From: Candidatus Dasytiphilus stammeri
GTDB taxonomy: Bacteria > Pseudomonadota > Gammaproteobacteria > Enterobacterales > Enterobacteriaceae
Length of the DNA: 64,000 bases
Direction of reading: 5' to 3'
NCBI GenBank assembly: GCA_041942865.1
Contig: CP145875.1
Location: forward strand, 248,819 to 312,818
Shown here: positions 33,176 to 46,178 of the stretch, in pieces
Numbering within the stretch: position 1 is the first letter of the stretch
Layout: the number at the start of each line of letters is the position of its first letter
The notes under the pieces: model-generated
The model's database searches: none
What the model saw: the letters and a program-made list of their open reading frames with translations, nothing else
What the model was told of the DNA's origin: nothing
Position numbers and translations under genes: made by a program

Positions 33176-33338
33176 GTTAGATTAAAATTTAATTTGATTT
33201 ATATAATTGCTATGTAGTGTAATCCTACCTGTTGATTCAAATTATTCAAAATATACTAATTATTTTCGTTAGTATGTCTATCTATCTTAATGAAAATGAA
33301 TGGAGTAGCAACTTTCTCTAAAAATTGGAAGGATAAAA

Positions 33339-34325
33339 ATGCTTCATCATATAAAAGAACTTATTTCCCAACTGCAGACAAATATTGATAAAATAAAAAA
33401 ATTAAGTACTTTAGAAAAAATTCGTGTCGAATACTTAGGAAAACAAGGTATTCTTACACTATATATGAAAAATTTACGTGATCTCAATCCAGAAGATCGT
33501 CCAGCTGTAGGTATTGTGCTTAATAGAGCAAAAAAGCAGCTTTTAGAAGCTTTACATTATAAAAAAATGCTTTTAGAAAAGGAAACTCTGAGTGCTCTGA
33601 TGTTACAAGAAAATATTGATGTTTCATTACCCGGACGTGGTATTAAAACTGGTGGATTACATCCGGTAACGAGCACCATTGATCGTATAGAAAAAATTTT
33701 TTACGGGTTAGGTTTTGAAGTAGTAACCGGACCAGAAATTGAAGATAGTTATCATAATTTTGATGCTCTTAATATACCAATTAATCATCCCGCACGTACG
33801 GATCATGACACTTTTTGGTTTAATGATAATCTTCTATTAAGAACACAAACTTCCGGAGTTCAGATTAGAACTTTGAAAAAACAGTTTCCTCCGATACGTA
33901 TGATTACTTCAGGTAAAGTATATCGTAAGGATTATGATTCTACTCATACCCCAATGTTTCATCAAATGGAATGTTTAATGGTTGATAAAAAAGTAAGTTT
34001 TACTCATCTTAAAAATACCTTATACAATTTTCTGCAAAAATTTTTTGAAGAAGATTTACAAATTAGGTTTAGAGCATCTTATTTCCCATTCACCGAACCA
34101 TCTGCTGAAGTTGATGTAAAAATTCAAGGTAAAAAATGGTTAGAAATTTTAGGTTGTGGCATGGTACATCCCAAGGTGCTACGTCATGCTGGCCTGGATC
34201 CAGATATCTATTCGGGTTTCGCTTTTGGTACTGGAATAGAACGGCTGACAATGTTACGCTATAAAATTAAGGATATACGTATATTTTATGATAATGATTT
34301 ACGTTTTCTAAAACAGTTTAAATAA
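33339..34325 (+). CDS. pheS: phenylalanyl-tRNA synthetase alpha subunit
   Basis: [12 protein letters not shown], class II motifs ([27 protein letters not shown]). Confidence 0.95.
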   Translation: MLHHIKELISQLQTNIDKIKKLSTLEKIRVEYLGKQGILTLYMKNLRDLNPEDRPAVGIVLNRAKKQLLEALHYKKMLLEKETLSALMLQENIDVSLPGRGIKTGGLHPVTSTIDRIEKIFYGLGFEVVTGPEIEDSYHNFDALNIPINHPARTDHDTFWFNDNLLLRTQTSGVQIRTLKKQFPPIRMITSGKVYRKDYDSTHTPMFHQMECLMVDKKVSFTHLKNTLYNFLQKFFEEDLQIRFRASYFPFTEPSAEVDVKIQGKKWLEILGCGMVHPKVLRHAGLDPDIYSGFAFGTGIERLTMLRYKIKDIRIFYDNDLRFLKQFK

Positions 34326-34331
34326 TCAATA

Positions 34332-36725
34332 ATGAAAGTCAGTGAATTTTGGTTAAGGGAATGGGTTAATCTAAATATTGATAGCGAAACCTTATATGAA
34401 CAACTAGCTTTATTGGGGCTAGAAGTAGACAGTATGGTTACAATAGCCGGTAATTGTACAGGTATTATAGTTGGTGAAATCATCGAATGTGAATCTCAAG
34501 AAGATTCCAAACTAAAGGTAACCAAAGTTGATATAGGTAGTTGTAATTTACTTAATATCTTGTGTAGTGCCTCAAATTGCCGACAGGGGATAAAAGTAGT
34601 AGTAGCCACTATAGGAGCAATACTTCCAAATCATATAAAAATTAAAGCCAGCAAAATACCTGGAACGATTTCTCAAGGTATGCTGTGTTCTTTAACGGAT
34701 TTAGGATTAGGAGAAGATGATCAAGAAATTATTGAACTACCGGTAACAGCGCAATTAGGAATTAATATTAGAGAATATCTGCAACTGGATGATAAAATTC
34801 TTGAAATAAACGTGACACCTAACCGGGCGGATTGTCTAAGTATTCGTGGGATTGCACGTGATCTAGCTGCGGTGAATAAATTAACTTTCAATGAACCTAA
34901 TATATCGCCGGCAACCGTAAAATTAAATGATCAATTACCAATTAATATTGAAGCTGAAGCAGCTTGCCCACGATATTTAGCGCGCATCTTAAAGGGGGTG
35001 AATGTTAAGGTAGCTACGCCATTATGGCTTCGTGAAAAATTGCGGCGCAGCGATCTTCTTTCGGGTAATGTAATTCTTAATATTACGAACTATATTTTAC
35101 TGGAACTAGGTCAACCCATGCAAACCTTTGATCTCGAAAAGATTGACGTCGGGATAAGAGTACGTCTGGCACAGCAAAATGAAATATTTAGGTCAATTGA
35201 CGACACCAAGCTTAAATTACAAAAAGATACGCTAGTGATTGCAGATCATAGTAAAGTGCTCTCAATTGCAGGAATTATTAGTGGAATAGAGTCAATAGTC
35301 ACTGATCAAACCCAAAATGTACTGCTAGAAAGTGCCTTTTTAGATCCGTTAATTATGAAACCTAGTATAAACTACTATAGTTTACAGACTCCTGCTTCAC
35401 AACGTTATGAGCGGGGAGTCGATCCAATGTTACAGGATAAAGCTATAGAGCGTGCCACGAGTTTATTATTGGATATATGTGGAGGTCAAGTAGGACCAAT
35501 TATGGAAATTAGGAATGCTGCCTGGTTGCCAAATAGTCCTGTAATAACATTGCGTCGTGAAAAGATTGATATTTTGCTTGGTCAGCAGATTGACACTAAT
35601 GAAGTAGTGGATATTCTGTATCGTCTGGGTTGCCAAATAACTTGTGTTGAAAAGCCAAATTTATGGAAAGTAACTCCGCCAAGCTGGCGTTTTGATCTTA
35701 CTATAGAAGAAGATTTAGTTGAAGAAGTAGCGAGGATTTATGGCTATAACCAATTGCCCTGCGTATCTTTCCAAAACGAAGTTATAAGCAATTTGACTCC
35801 GAGTAAAACTCAGATTTCTCTGAAGCGAATTAGGACGCTTTTAGTAGATAAAGGTTATCAAGAAGTGATAACGTATAGTTTTGTCAATCCAAGAATGCAA
35901 AACATTCTCCATCCCAGTGAAAAATATTTAAAGTTAGAGAGTCCAATGTCTGTGGAAATGTCAGCAATGCGCCTCTCATTAAGGAGTGGATTACTATCTG
36001 CAGTTGCTTATAATCAGAACAGACAACAGAAAGTTATCAGATTATTTGAAATTGGTCTCCGCTTTGTACCGGATCTTGCTTCTAAAATTGGCGTGAGACA
36101 AGATTTGATGCTCGCAGGTGTGATCAGTGGTATAAATAATGAAGAACATTGGGATGTACCTTGTAAATCAGTAGATTTTTATGATTTAAAAGGTGATTTA
36201 GAGGTCTTACTGGATCTGACTGGTAAAATAGAGGAAATTAATTTTCAAGCAGAGATACATCCAGCGTTGCATCCCCGCCAAAGTGCCACTATCTACTTAG
36301 GTAGTGAGCCAATTGGGATTATTGGTGTAATTAATCCTCTCTTGGAAAGAAGGTTGGAACTCAATGGTAGAACAGTATTGTTTGAGTTATTATGGAATCG
36401 TATTTCAGATTATCCCCGGCCAATTATACAAAAAATTTCTAGTTTTCCATCAACTCGTCGTGATATCGCGGTTGTTGTAGCTGAAGATATTCCAGCTTCA
36501 GAGGTACTGAAAGAATGTCAACAATTTGGAGAAACTAAGCTAGTTGCAGTAAAATTGTTTGATGTATACCGTGGTCATGGGATAGCTCATGGCTATAAGA
36601 GTCTGGGGATTAGCCTGATTTTACAAGAAACCCGGCGTACTCTGAAAGAAAGTGAAATTTCAGCTATTGTAACTAAATGTACGAATGCCTTAAAGAAAAG
36701 ATTTCAAGCATACTTAAGGTATTAA
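34332..36725 (+). CDS. pheT: phenylalanyl-tRNA synthetase beta subunit
   Basis: MKVSEFWLREWV N-terminus, B3/4, B5 and FDX-ACB domain order. 797 aa. Confidence 0.95.
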   Translation: MKVSEFWLREWVNLNIDSETLYEQLALLGLEVDSMVTIAGNCTGIIVGEIIECESQEDSKLKVTKVDIGSCNLLNILCSASNCRQGIKVVVATIGAILPNHIKIKASKIPGTISQGMLCSLTDLGLGEDDQEIIELPVTAQLGINIREYLQLDDKILEINVTPNRADCLSIRGIARDLAAVNKLTFNEPNISPATVKLNDQLPINIEAEAACPRYLARILKGVNVKVATPLWLREKLRRSDLLSGNVILNITNYILLELGQPMQTFDLEKIDVGIRVRLAQQNEIFRSIDDTKLKLQKDTLVIADHSKVLSIAGIISGIESIVTDQTQNVLLESAFLDPLIMKPSINYYSLQTPASQRYERGVDPMLQDKAIERATSLLLDICGGQVGPIMEIRNAAWLPNSPVITLRREKIDILLGQQIDTNEVVDILYRLGCQITCVEKPNLWKVTPPSWRFDLTIEEDLVEEVARIYGYNQLPCVSFQNEVISNLTPSKTQISLKRIRTLLVDKGYQEVITYSFVNPRMQNILHPSEKYLKLESPMSVEMSAMRLSLRSGLLSAVAYNQNRQQKVIRLFEIGLRFVPDLASKIGVRQDLMLAGVISGINNEEHWDVPCKSVDFYDLKGDLEVLLDLTGKIEEINFQAEIHPALHPRQSATIYLGSEPIGIIGVINPLLERRLELNGRTVLFELLWNRISDYPRPIIQKISSFPSTRRDIAVVVAEDIPASEVLKECQQFGETKLVAVKLFDVYRGHGIAHGYKSLGISLILQETRRTLKESEISAIVTKCTNALKKRFQAYLRY

Positions 36726-36859
36726 TCAAGAATACTAATATGTAATCAGTTAATTTTTAATTTAACACAATTTTCATAAAAATATCTTTCATTAGTCAAA
36801 AAAAATCTGAAACTGTATTTCGACTCAAAATGAGATTAATGAATTTGATAAGGAAGACT

Positions 36860-38401
36860 ATGAAAATAGGAGTACCAAAAGAGCGAATTACTAGAGAATC
36901 AAGAGTTGCTGCGACACCTGATACAGTCAAACAACTTATCAGACTAGGTTTTGTCATTTTAGTAGAATCTGGTGCCGGAACATCTGCTAGTTTTGAAGAT
37001 ACTGATTACTCAGAAGCTGGAGCAATCCTGACTAATTATACCGAAATATGGCAGTCAGATATTGTCATTAAGGTAAATCCACCAACAGAGGAGGAATTAT
37101 CTTTGATACCTGATGGTATCCTTCTAATAAGTTTCATCTGGCCTACACAAAATTCGACATTATTAGCTAAACTAGCTAGACTCAATATAACAGTACTATC
37201 TATGGATAATGTTCCGAGAATTTCACGTGCACAAGCTTTTGATGCAGTTACATCAATGGCTCATATCGCTGGTTATCGTGCTATTATTGAAGCAGCTCAT
37301 GAATTCGGAAGATTTTTCAATGGTCAGATTACTGCCGCCGGAAAAATATTGCCAGCTAAAGTAATGGTAATTGGAGCAGGTGTTGCAGGTCTTTCGGCTA
37401 TTGGTGTCGCCAGAAGTTTAGGTGCTATTGTACGAGCATTCGATAGTAGATTAGAAGTTAAGGAACAAGTAAATAGCATGGGAGCCGATTTTCTTGAACT
37501 CAATATTACAGGAGACTTAGAAAGTAGTGATGGTTGCTATGCTCGAGTGATGTCTGATAATTTTATGAAATCTGAAATAGAATTATTGACTTATCAAGTA
37601 AAAGAAGTAGATATTATCATTACCACTGCTATGATCCCAGGTAAACCCGCTCCAGTTATTATTACGCGAAAAATGGTTGAAACTATGAAAACGGGCAGTA
37701 TTATTGTAGATCTAGCTGCCCAGACTGGGGGTAACTGTGAATTAACCTTAGTGGATAAATTAACTATTACCAATAACGGAGTTAAAATTATTGGTTATAC
37801 TGACCTACCTAGTAGGTTACCTGCCCAATCATCTCAGCTTTATAGTAATAATCTAGTCAATCTCCTAAAACTCCTATGCATAGAGCAAAATGGTCAGATT
37901 AGCATTGATTTTAATGACATAGTAGTGCGTCAGATGACGGTTATTAAGGAAGGAAACATCACTTGGCCAGCACCAGCTTTAAAAGCCAACTACGCAGAAT
38001 CAGTAAAACCGGTGTCACCATCTTCCGAATTACCAATAATATTAAATCAACCTGGATTATGGCGACAATATCTTCTATTGATATTAGCTATTATAATATT
38101 TTGTGGAATAGCAAATCTTAGTCCAATACCTACCGAAATTGTTTCACATCTTACTATTTTTGCGATGTCCTGCATAATTGGTTATTACGTAGTTTGGAAT
38201 GTAAGTAATGCGCTACATACCCCTCTAATATCCGTCACTAACGCTATCTCAGGCATTATCATTATTGGAGCGTTATTACAAATAGAACATGGAGGTTGGA
38301 TTTCGGTTTTTTCTTTAGCGGCAATATTTATTGCTAGTATTAACATTTTTGGCGGGTTTGCGGTGACTCAGCGCATGCTTAAAATGTTTCGTAAAAATTA
38401 G
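36860..38401 (+). CDS. pntA: NAD(P) transhydrogenase alpha subunit
   Basis: [28 protein letters not shown]-terminal TM bundle ending [11 protein letters not shown] as in E. coli PntA. Start trimmed from the track ORF. Confidence 0.94.
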   Translation: MKIGVPKERITRESRVAATPDTVKQLIRLGFVILVESGAGTSASFEDTDYSEAGAILTNYTEIWQSDIVIKVNPPTEEELSLIPDGILLISFIWPTQNSTLLAKLARLNITVLSMDNVPRISRAQAFDAVTSMAHIAGYRAIIEAAHEFGRFFNGQITAAGKILPAKVMVIGAGVAGLSAIGVARSLGAIVRAFDSRLEVKEQVNSMGADFLELNITGDLESSDGCYARVMSDNFMKSEIELLTYQVKEVDIIITTAMIPGKPAPVIITRKMVETMKTGSIIVDLAAQTGGNCELTLVDKLTITNNGVKIIGYTDLPSRLPAQSSQLYSNNLVNLLKLLCIEQNGQISIDFNDIVVRQMTVIKEGNITWPAPALKANYAESVKPVSPSSELPIILNQPGLWRQYLLLILAIIIFCGIANLSPIPTEIVSHLTIFAMSCIIGYYVVWNVSNALHTPLISVTNAISGIIIIGALLQIEHGGWISVFSLAAIFIASINIFGGFAVTQRMLKMFRKN

Positions 38402-38418
38402 GCCTATGGGTGATAACA

Positions 38419-39813
38419 ATGTCAGGCGGATTATTTACTGCAGTATATCTTATATCCTCGATATTATTTATTTTTAGCCTAGCGATGCTTGCAAAACCAG
38501 AAACTTCCAAGCAGGGTAATATTATCGGCATGATTGGGATGAGCATAGCATTAATTGCTACCATATATAATTTAAATACAGTTTATCTGGTTTGGATATT
38601 TTCAGCCATGATAATGGGTGGTATGATTGGTGTATATTTAGCAAATAAAGTAAATATGACTGCCATACCTGAGCTGGTTGCCCTCTTACATAGTTTAGTG
38701 GGTCTGGCATCAGTATTAGTTGGTTTTAGTAGTTATTTATCCCAAAGATTTAGATTCCCACAAGATATAAATAATCTTCATTTAAGCGAAATTTTCTTGG
38801 GGATATTTATTGGTACCATGACATTTACCGGATCTCTAGTAGCGTTTAGCAAATTGCGGGGCTATATTTCTCCGCAACCCTTAATATTTGTACACCGTCA
38901 CCAGATGAATAGTGCGGCTTTGTTAATTTCACTCCTGCTGATGATAATTTTCCTCAGTACTCCTCATACTAGTTTAAAGAGTATTACATTATTACTCATG
39001 ACACTTATGGCATTTATCTTGGGATGGCATTTAGTGATTTCCATTGGTGGAGCCGATATGCCTGTGGTTATTTCTATGTTAAATTCTTATTCAGGATGGG
39101 CTTCGGCATCTGCTGGATTTATTTTAGATAATGATCTGCTAATTATAACAGGAGCTTTAGTAGGTTCTTCTGGAGCCATACTTTCTTATATTATGTGTAA
39201 AGCAATGAATCGTTCGTTTCTAGGTGTCATTGCTGGTGGTTTAGGTGAAAAACAACCTGGCATGCTTAATTATGAAGAAATCGGAGAATACCAAACCACT
39301 GATGCTCAGGAAACTGCAGCTATATTAAAAAGAGCTTCTTCAGTTATTATAACACCTGGTTACGGTATGGCAGTAGCACAGGCACAATATTCGCTGGCAA
39401 TGCTTACTAAACAATTACGCCAGCGCGGTATTAACATTCGTTTCGGAATTCATCCAATTGCCGGTCGCCTTCCAGGTCATATGAATGTGTTATTAGCTGA
39501 AGCCAAAGTATCGTATGACATAGTACTAGGAATAGATGAAATTAATAATGATTTTCAAGATACTGATTTAGTACTAGTTATTGGGGCTAATGATACAGTG
39601 AATCCGGCGGCACAAGAAACTTCACATCATTCTCATTCTATCAATGGTATGCCGGTACTAGAAGTATGGAAAGCACATAGTGTGATTGTGTTTAAACGGA
39701 CGATGAATCCTGGTTATGCTGGAGTTCAAAATCCATTGTTTTTTAAACCTAATACTAGAATGTTGTTTGGTGATGCTAAACATAGTGTTGAGGAGATTAT
39801 TAAAGCGTTGTGA
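38419..39813 (+). CDS. pntB: NAD(P) transhydrogenase beta subunit
   Basis: [46 protein letters not shown]. Confidence 0.95.
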   Translation: MSGGLFTAVYLISSILFIFSLAMLAKPETSKQGNIIGMIGMSIALIATIYNLNTVYLVWIFSAMIMGGMIGVYLANKVNMTAIPELVALLHSLVGLASVLVGFSSYLSQRFRFPQDINNLHLSEIFLGIFIGTMTFTGSLVAFSKLRGYISPQPLIFVHRHQMNSAALLISLLLMIIFLSTPHTSLKSITLLLMTLMAFILGWHLVISIGGADMPVVISMLNSYSGWASASAGFILDNDLLIITGALVGSSGAILSYIMCKAMNRSFLGVIAGGLGEKQPGMLNYEEIGEYQTTDAQETAAILKRASSVIITPGYGMAVAQAQYSLAMLTKQLRQRGINIRFGIHPIAGRLPGHMNVLLAEAKVSYDIVLGIDEINNDFQDTDLVLVIGANDTVNPAAQETSHHSHSINGMPVLEVWKAHSVIVFKRTMNPGYAGVQNPLFFKPNTRMLFGDAKHSVEEIIKAL

Positions 39814-39903
39814 AATATGATAATTATTTTTTATACTTATTCACGCTCTGGCAATAGCTTCAGGTTGCGCATAATATACTGCGGCGGGTCTTTGTCTGAA
39901 AAA

Positions 39904-40626
39904 TTAATTTTCAAGATGAATTTTTCTTAGTGAAGAATAAACTGCACTTAGTGTTTGAGCCGGATTTCGAGACTGTGTAATAGGACGCCCTATTACCAGA
40001 TAATCAACCCCGGCCCCAATGGCTTGAGATGGTGTCATGATGCGATCCTGATCATGATCAGTAGGATTACTAATATCCGGCCTAATACCAGGTGTTACTA
40101 TTATCAAACTATTTTCAGTAATTTTCTTAACCTGGCTTGCGTCAGATGCCGAACAGATGATACCATCAAGACCACATTCGTATGTCAAACGTGCTAATAG
40201 TTTAGTATGTTCTGATATAGAATAATTTAAACCAATACCTGGTAAATCATTAGCGTTTAAACTGGTTAGCATGGTAACCGCCATTAATAATGGTGCATCA
40301 TTTTTAAACGGCAAGAGTGCCTCATTGGCGGCACTCATCATTTTGGCTCCTCCACTAGCATGAACATTTACCATCCACACCCCCAATTCAGCGGCAATGG
40401 CAACTGCATGAGCTACCGTATTAGGAATATCGTGAAATTTTAGATCGAGAAAAACTTCAAATCCTCGCTGTTGTAAGTCACGCACAATTTTAGGGCCTAG
40501 TAAAGTAAAAAGTTCTTTTCCTACCTTAAGACGACATAATGTAGGATCGATACTATCAACTAAAGCCATTACACAGTTGCGAGAAGAATAATCAAGCGCT
40601 ACGATTATAGGTGAGTCTATAAACAT
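39904..40626 (-). CDS. pyrF: orotidine-5'-phosphate decarboxylase
   Basis: [30 protein letters not shown] motifs. Confidence 0.93.
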   Translation of the reverse strand: MFIDSPIIVALDYSSRNCVMALVDSIDPTLCRLKVGKELFTLLGPKIVRDLQQRGFEVFLDLKFHDIPNTVAHAVAIAAELGVWMVNVHASGGAKMMSAANEALLPFKNDAPLLMAVTMLTSLNANDLPGIGLNYSISEHTKLLARLTYECGLDGIICSASDASQVKKITENSLIIVTPGIRPDISNPTDHDQDRIMTPSQAIGAGVDYLVIGRPITQSRNPAQTLSAVYSSLRKIHLEN

Positions 40627-40833
40627 TTATGAGTAATCCTCGTTTTTATTTAGAGAATCACAAAAAATAATTGGTTTAATTCTAGTATAACAGATATATA
40701 TAAAAATTTGTAACATGGCTTCCTAAATTTCATTAATCCCATATAATTGACAATCATATTGATAATAACATTTAGCTCGAAGAAATATTAGGGCAGAATG
40801 ATCATCTATTCAGGAAGTCGCTGGAGAGTGCAT

Positions 40834-41424
40834 ATGCAGTTAAAACTTGTGGCAGAAGCTAAGTTACCAACACACTTAGGAGAGTTTTTAATGATAGGCT
40901 TTGAAGAACTAGCGACCGGACATAATCACATCGCCTTAGTTTATGGAGATATCTCGATTCAAGATTCTATCCTGACTCGAGTGCACTCAGAATGTTTGTC
41001 TGGCGACGCCCTCTTCAGTTTACGTTGTGACTGCGGTTTTCAACTTAAAGCCGCGCTGTCATCAATTGTTACAGAAGGTGGGGGTGTATTAATTTACCAT
41101 CGTCAGGAAGGTCGCAATATTGGATTATTAAATAAAATCCGTGCTTATGCACTACAGGATCAAGGGTTCGATACTGTTGAGGCTAATCAAAAATTGGGAT
41201 TTGCAGCAGATGAACGAGATTTCACATTATGTGCTGACATGCTTAAATTATTAAATATAGATAAGGTTAGATTATTAACTAATAATCCGCGTAAGGTAGA
41301 AATATTAAGCAAAACTGGAATTAACATTGTTGAGCGCGTCCCTTTAAGTGTTGGGCGTAACCCTGAAAACGCTTACTACCTAGATACTAAAGCCGAAAAA
41401 ATGGGTCACATTTTCAGTAAATAG
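40834..41424 (+). CDS. ribA: GTP cyclohydrolase II
   Basis: [49 protein letters not shown]. Near-identical layout to E. coli RibA (196 aa). Start trimmed. Confidence 0.95.
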   Translation: MQLKLVAEAKLPTHLGEFLMIGFEELATGHNHIALVYGDISIQDSILTRVHSECLSGDALFSLRCDCGFQLKAALSSIVTEGGGVLIYHRQEGRNIGLLNKIRAYALQDQGFDTVEANQKLGFAADERDFTLCADMLKLLNIDKVRLLTNNPRKVEILSKTGINIVERVPLSVGRNPENAYYLDTKAEKMGHIFSK

Positions 41425-41522
41425 ACCTAGATTGACAGGTAATCGTTCTCTAAATTTTTTATAACACGCACTGCACGTGATTTTTGAAATAAAGGTATGA
41501 TCTGCCAAATGCTCAATCTTAG

Positions 41523-42557
41523 TTATAATCTCCGGTTTTGATTACCCAATTGTAAACAATGCCATAGTAATTTGCCGAGATTAAGGTTGGTACTACTACT
41601 TAATTTATCGATCCATCTTTTATGACGACATACGTAATGAACCGCAATTAAATCACAGGTTTCTATTTTTTGTAAAATAAACTCGTCGCTGGTGCCAATT
41701 GCATCAATTAGACCTTTTTCCACAGCATTCCTCCCAAACCAATGCTCTCCTGTGGCTACTCGATCAATATCTAGTGCTGGACGCATTTCATGAACGAAAC
41801 GTTTAAACAATTGATGTATTTCAGATAGCTCTTCACGAAATTTTTTACGGCTCTGTTCACTATTTTCTCCAAATAATGTTAAAGTGCGCTTGTATTCTCC
41901 AGCAGTATGTAGTTCAAAATCAATGTTGTTACGTTTTAACAAACGATTAAAATTAGGAAATTGAGCAACAACACCAATTGAACCAATTACGGCAAATGGA
42001 GCAGCTATAATTTGATTAGCAACGCAAGCCATAAGGTACCCACCGCTTGCCGCCATTTTATCCACCGCCACCGTTAAAAAAATACCTTTTTGACGCAACC
42101 GCTGTAATTGTGATGCAGCTAATCCATAGTTATGTACCGTGCCACCATAACTTTCCAAACGCAATAAAACTTGATCATTATTTGTGGCAACTAATAACAC
42201 TGCTGAAATTTCTTCTCTGAGTGAATTTACTTCTTTTGCATCCATACTACCTGTAAAATCCATGACGTAAATAATCTTTTTTAACTGATTTTCTCGTCCA
42301 TTTTTTTTACATCGTGCATATAGTTTTTTTTGTTCCTTTTGCCACTTTTTACGATCACTAGGCGGCATGGTTGCTAATAACATTTCATTTTTTATTCCAC
42401 GATACTGATCACCCAAATTTTTTAATCGTAAATGCCCAGATTGTAACTTCTTACGTTGTATAACATTGATCATCAAAATGAGCATGATTGTAATCCCCAT
42501 GATGACGGTCATGGTTTTGGCCATAAAGAGTACATAAAGTTCCACAATATTCATCAC
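41523..42557 (-). CDS. sohB: inner-membrane S49-family peptidase SohB
   Basis: N-terminal TM, VAASGGY.MACVA (Ser), GSIGVVAQ.PNFNR.LK. Colinear with E. coli SohB. Confidence 0.9.
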   Translation of the reverse strand: MMNIVELYVLFMAKTMTVIMGITIMLILMINVIQRKKLQSGHLRLKNLGDQYRGIKNEMLLATMPPSDRKKWQKEQKKLYARCKKNGRENQLKKIIYVMDFTGSMDAKEVNSLREEISAVLLVATNNDQVLLRLESYGGTVHNYGLAASQLQRLRQKGIFLTVAVDKMAASGGYLMACVANQIIAAPFAVIGSIGVVAQFPNFNRLLKRNNIDFELHTAGEYKRTLTLFGENSEQSRKKFREELSEIHQLFKRFVHEMRPALDIDRVATGEHWFGRNAVEKGLIDAIGTSDEFILQKIETCDLIAVHYVCRHKRWIDKLSSSTNLNLGKLLWHCLQLGNQNRRL

Positions 42558-42740
42558 TATGAATCTTCCTACCTAGATTAATGGGTTGCTTCAGTCTTAA
42601 TTTTAAATCTAATTTACCATGAAAAAGGGTAATTCATCTGTATTTTATACACTAAAAGGATTATTTGCCAAAAATATTACATGGTAATATTTGTATCCTT
42701 AGATAAAATTTAAAATTCAATCTCTATTCGAGGAATACTT

Positions 42741-43478
42741 GTGAATTACAATCCTAAAATTGATATTCTGAATAACAAAATTATTTTAGTAACTGGGGCA
42801 AGCAGTGGTATAGGCAGAGAAGCAGCTATCACCTATGCTAGATATGGTGCTACTCTTGTCCTGCTAGGTCGTAATAGTAAAAAACTACAAAAGGTGGTAC
42901 ATGAAATTCATCAAATAGGAAAATCAGCACACTATTATATATTGGATTTTAAAGACTCTCCCTTAAAAACATGCCGTGATCTAGCCAAAAAAATTGCTAA
43001 TCATTATTCAATAATTGATGGAATTTTACATAATGCAGGCATGCTTGGTGAAATCGATTCTATAGAAAAACAATCACCAATGATTTGGCAACAAGTAATG
43101 AATGTTAATGTCAATGCAACTTTTTTTCTTACTCAAGCATTACTTCCACTATTATTGCGTTCTTCCAGTAGTTCGGTGATCTTAACGAGTTCTAGTGTGG
43201 GTCGTAAGGGTCGTGCCAGATGGGGAGCATATTCGGTTTCTAAATTTGCTACCGAAGGTCTGATGCAAGTTTTAGCTGATGAATATCAGGGTAGTAAATT
43301 AAGGGTAAACTGCATTAACCCAGGAAGTATTCGTACTAAAATGCGTGCACATGCTTTTCCAGAAGAAAATGCGGATTTTTTAAAAAAACCTGCTGATATT
43401 ATGCCAATCTATCTATATTTGATGGGAGAAGATAGTATTCATGAAAACGGTATTAGTTTTGATGCTCAATCTTATTGA
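42741..43478 (+). CDS. yciK: short-chain dehydrogenase/reductase YciK (GTG start)
   Basis: LVTGAS.GIGREAA..YARYGAT, YS.SKFA catalytic Tyr/Lys, RVNCINPG. Colinear with E. coli YciK. Confidence 0.88.
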   Translation: MNYNPKIDILNNKIILVTGASSGIGREAAITYARYGATLVLLGRNSKKLQKVVHEIHQIGKSAHYYILDFKDSPLKTCRDLAKKIANHYSIIDGILHNAGMLGEIDSIEKQSPMIWQQVMNVNVNATFFLTQALLPLLLRSSSSSVILTSSSVGRKGRARWGAYSVSKFATEGLMQVLADEYQGSKLRVNCINPGSIRTKMRAHAFPEENADFLKKPADIMPIYLYLMGEDSIHENGISFDAQSY

Positions 43479-43699
43479 TAATATTGAGCATATTAATAAA
43501 GATCATCTGCGAAACTGGCATCTGCTATGAATATGATATATAATCATCAGTAAAAATCATAATTATTAATAGTTAATTTATAGCTTGATTTTAAGGTTAT
43601 AGCAACGCGGTAGATTATGATTACTTCAAAGGAAATACCAATGCTCTGCTGAGGTCATTTTATTGACAAATCTAGTTTACCACGCAAGGAGTGCTTACC

Positions 43700-44440
43700 A
43701 TGTATATCACAGCCAGTTCTTTATACCGTGAAACCATAAATTTCTTCCGTAATCAGTGGATCACAATTACATTAATGGCTATATTAACATCTTTGATTAC
43801 GGTGATCTTCAATCATGTTCTGTTGCCTTCTTATACTGAGCAACTCCAGTTCATATTGGGAACCAAACCTCAAGTAAGAAGTTTACTTGAAATCATACAA
43901 AAGCTCTCCTCAGAGCAATTGAGGCTGCTCTTACAGATTTCTGCTATAAGGTTTTCAGTTACCCTAATAGGGCATACCTTGATGTTGGGGGGAGTACTGA
44001 ATTTGATTTCTCTAGTTTCTGCAGGAAAACCAGGTAAGCTATTTCTAGCGTTAGAAAATTCTCTGTTTCAATTCCCCAAATTATTGGTACTGCTATTCAT
44101 GATGACCTTATTATCCCAATTAGGTTTTCTAATATTGATTATTCCCGGTGTTGTATTGACTATACTATTAGCATTATCTCCAATTATTATGATATTGGAA
44201 AAAAAAACTATGTTCTCTGCAATGCAGACTAGTATGCAGATCGCATCTAGATATACTAGATTAGTAACTCCAGCAGTTATTTTATGGCTACTCGTTAAAG
44301 GTATAATGTTGTTGATTTCAACATTTTTTACTATCATACCCCTTATGATAGCCACAGCAATATTGAATATTATTTATAATCTCATTAATGCAGTATTAAC
44401 TATCTATTTATACCGATTTTATATGTTATTACGCAACTAA
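43700..44440 (+). CDS. yciC: UPF0259 inner-membrane protein YciC
   Basis: YRET.NFFRNQ, VSAG, PGV.L.ILLALSP and IYLYRFYMLLR are colinear with E. coli YciC. AAGGAG lies 9 nt upstream of ATG 43700. Confidence 0.85.
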   Translation: MYITASSLYRETINFFRNQWITITLMAILTSLITVIFNHVLLPSYTEQLQFILGTKPQVRSLLEIIQKLSSEQLRLLLQISAIRFSVTLIGHTLMLGGVLNLISLVSAGKPGKLFLALENSLFQFPKLLVLLFMMTLLSQLGFLILIIPGVVLTILLALSPIIMILEKKTMFSAMQTSMQIASRYTRLVTPAVILWLLVKGIMLLISTFFTIIPLMIATAILNIIYNLINAVLTIYLYRFYMLLRN

Positions 44441-44494
44441 ATAGATAGACCATTATTCTATGGAATAAAAATTAAAAATATTATTGATGATTCT

Positions 44495-45961
44495 ATGACC
44501 AAGATTTACCATTTAATCAGCTGGATAATAATGTATTGCTACTGGTTATTAATGGCAATCACCACCCTCAGAATTTTAATGAAACGCCGGGCAATCCCAT
44601 CTTCTATTGCTTGGTTACTAATGGTCTACATAATACCTTGGTTAGGTATTATAGCTTACTTTATTCTAGAAGAACTATACTTAGGAAAACAACGCTCCAA
44701 ACGTGCCAGAATTTTGTGGCCATCAATAAAGCTTTGGCTTCATAATTTAAAAAATTACCCCACACTATTCGCCATCCACAATAGTGATGTTGCACGTCCA
44801 CTGTTTAAGCTATGTGAGATGCGTCAAGGAATTGCTGGTGTTAAAGTTAATCAATTAGAACTGCTAACTAATACGGATGATACACTGAAATACATCATTA
44901 GAGATATTAAGCTAGCGCGTGATAATATCAAAATGGTTTTTTATATCTGGCAACCAGGAGGAACAGCTAACGAAGTAGCCGAGGCACTTCTGGCGGCCGC
45001 CAAACGCGGGGTTCACTGCAGGTTAATGCTTGATTCTGCTGGAAGTAGAAGATTTTTTAGTAGTAAGCTTGCAGTTACAATGCGTCATGCAGGCATTGAA
45101 GTAGTAGAAGCATTACGTGTCAGTCTATGGTTAATTTTTTTTCGTCGATTAGATTTACGTCAACATCGAAAGATAGTGCTGATTGATAACAAAATCGTCT
45201 ATACTGGAAGTATGAACCTGGTAGACCCACGTTATTTTAGACAAAATTCTGGAGTTGGTCAATGGATTGACTTAATGGCACGTATGGAAGGTCCTGTGGT
45301 GAATATGATGGGAATGATTTACTCCTGCGACTGGGAGTTAGAAACTGGTAAGCGTATTCTACCACCAGCACCTGATATGAATCTTCTACTTTCTCTTTCT
45401 AAGCAAAAAAAAAATTCGGCACTTCAGGTGATAGCATCAGGACCAGGTTTTCCTGAAAATATAATTCATCAGGCATTATTAACCGCTATTTTCTCAGCAC
45501 GCAAAGCGCTAATCATGACAACGCCTTATTTGGTGCCTAGTGATTGTTTACTCCATGCAATTTGTATTGCTGCTCAACGTGGGGTTGAGGTAAGTATTAT
45601 TATTCCACGCTATAATGACTCCCTGTTTGTGCGCTGGGCTAGTAGGGCTTTTTTTACTGAACTTTTAGTAGCGGGCGTCAAAATTTACCAATTTGAAGGA
45701 GGTTTGTTACATACCAAAACTTTACAAGTTGACGGTCAATTGAGTTTAATCGGGACAGTAAATTTTGATATCAGGAGTTTATGGCTGAATTTTGAAATCA
45801 CCTTAGTAATTGATGATGACAACTTTGGGAAGAAGTTATCTCGTATACAAGAGAATTACATTAGTAATTCCAGTAGTGTGGATGTTAAGCACTGGTTACG
45901 TCGTCCTTATTGGCAACGTCTAGTAGAAAGATTGTTTTACTTTTTTAGTCCATTATTATAA
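44495..45961 (+). CDS. clsA: cardiolipin synthase A
   Basis: Two HKD motifs ([18 protein letters not shown] and [18 protein letters not shown]). C-terminus [10 protein letters not shown] is identical to E. coli ClsA. Confidence 0.95.
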   Translation: MTKIYHLISWIIMYCYWLLMAITTLRILMKRRAIPSSIAWLLMVYIIPWLGIIAYFILEELYLGKQRSKRARILWPSIKLWLHNLKNYPTLFAIHNSDVARPLFKLCEMRQGIAGVKVNQLELLTNTDDTLKYIIRDIKLARDNIKMVFYIWQPGGTANEVAEALLAAAKRGVHCRLMLDSAGSRRFFSSKLAVTMRHAGIEVVEALRVSLWLIFFRRLDLRQHRKIVLIDNKIVYTGSMNLVDPRYFRQNSGVGQWIDLMARMEGPVVNMMGMIYSCDWELETGKRILPPAPDMNLLLSLSKQKKNSALQVIASGPGFPENIIHQALLTAIFSARKALIMTTPYLVPSDCLLHAICIAAQRGVEVSIIIPRYNDSLFVRWASRAFFTELLVAGVKIYQFEGGLLHTKTLQVDGQLSLIGTVNFDIRSLWLNFEITLVIDDDNFGKKLSRIQENYISNSSSVDVKHWLRRPYWQRLVERLFYFFSPLL

Positions 45962-46178
45962 TTATCTCGCTTTAAATAATAAATTTTCATCTTGAGGTGA
46001 AGTACCATAAGATCTAGTAGCACAGCACTAGAGGCTTTACTAGCCTAGTAACTTATTGCCAACCTACTTGGAGCGTCTGTCTGCCGCCGCATCTTTGCAA
46101 TTGGCATGATGCTTTAGGAGCATAATATGTTACAACCCCAATCCAATGTTAAAGCGATTAACAATAACTAATATTTAG

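Noticed and set aside
33176-33338. Looked for the pheM Phe-rich leader peptide and attenuator upstream of pheS
   Set aside because: The only short ORF ([17 protein letters not shown]..) has a single Phe and runs into the pheS SD region. There is no run of Phe codons and no terminator/antiterminator pair, so the attenuator appears lost.
45962-46178. Moderately GC-rich spacers (cls-tyrS 45962-46178; serS-trxB 54647-55013) as pseudogene relics or sRNAs
   Set aside because: Translations in all frames are short and unrecognisable, and no convincing stem-loop or terminator structure is visible. I have no basis for a call.
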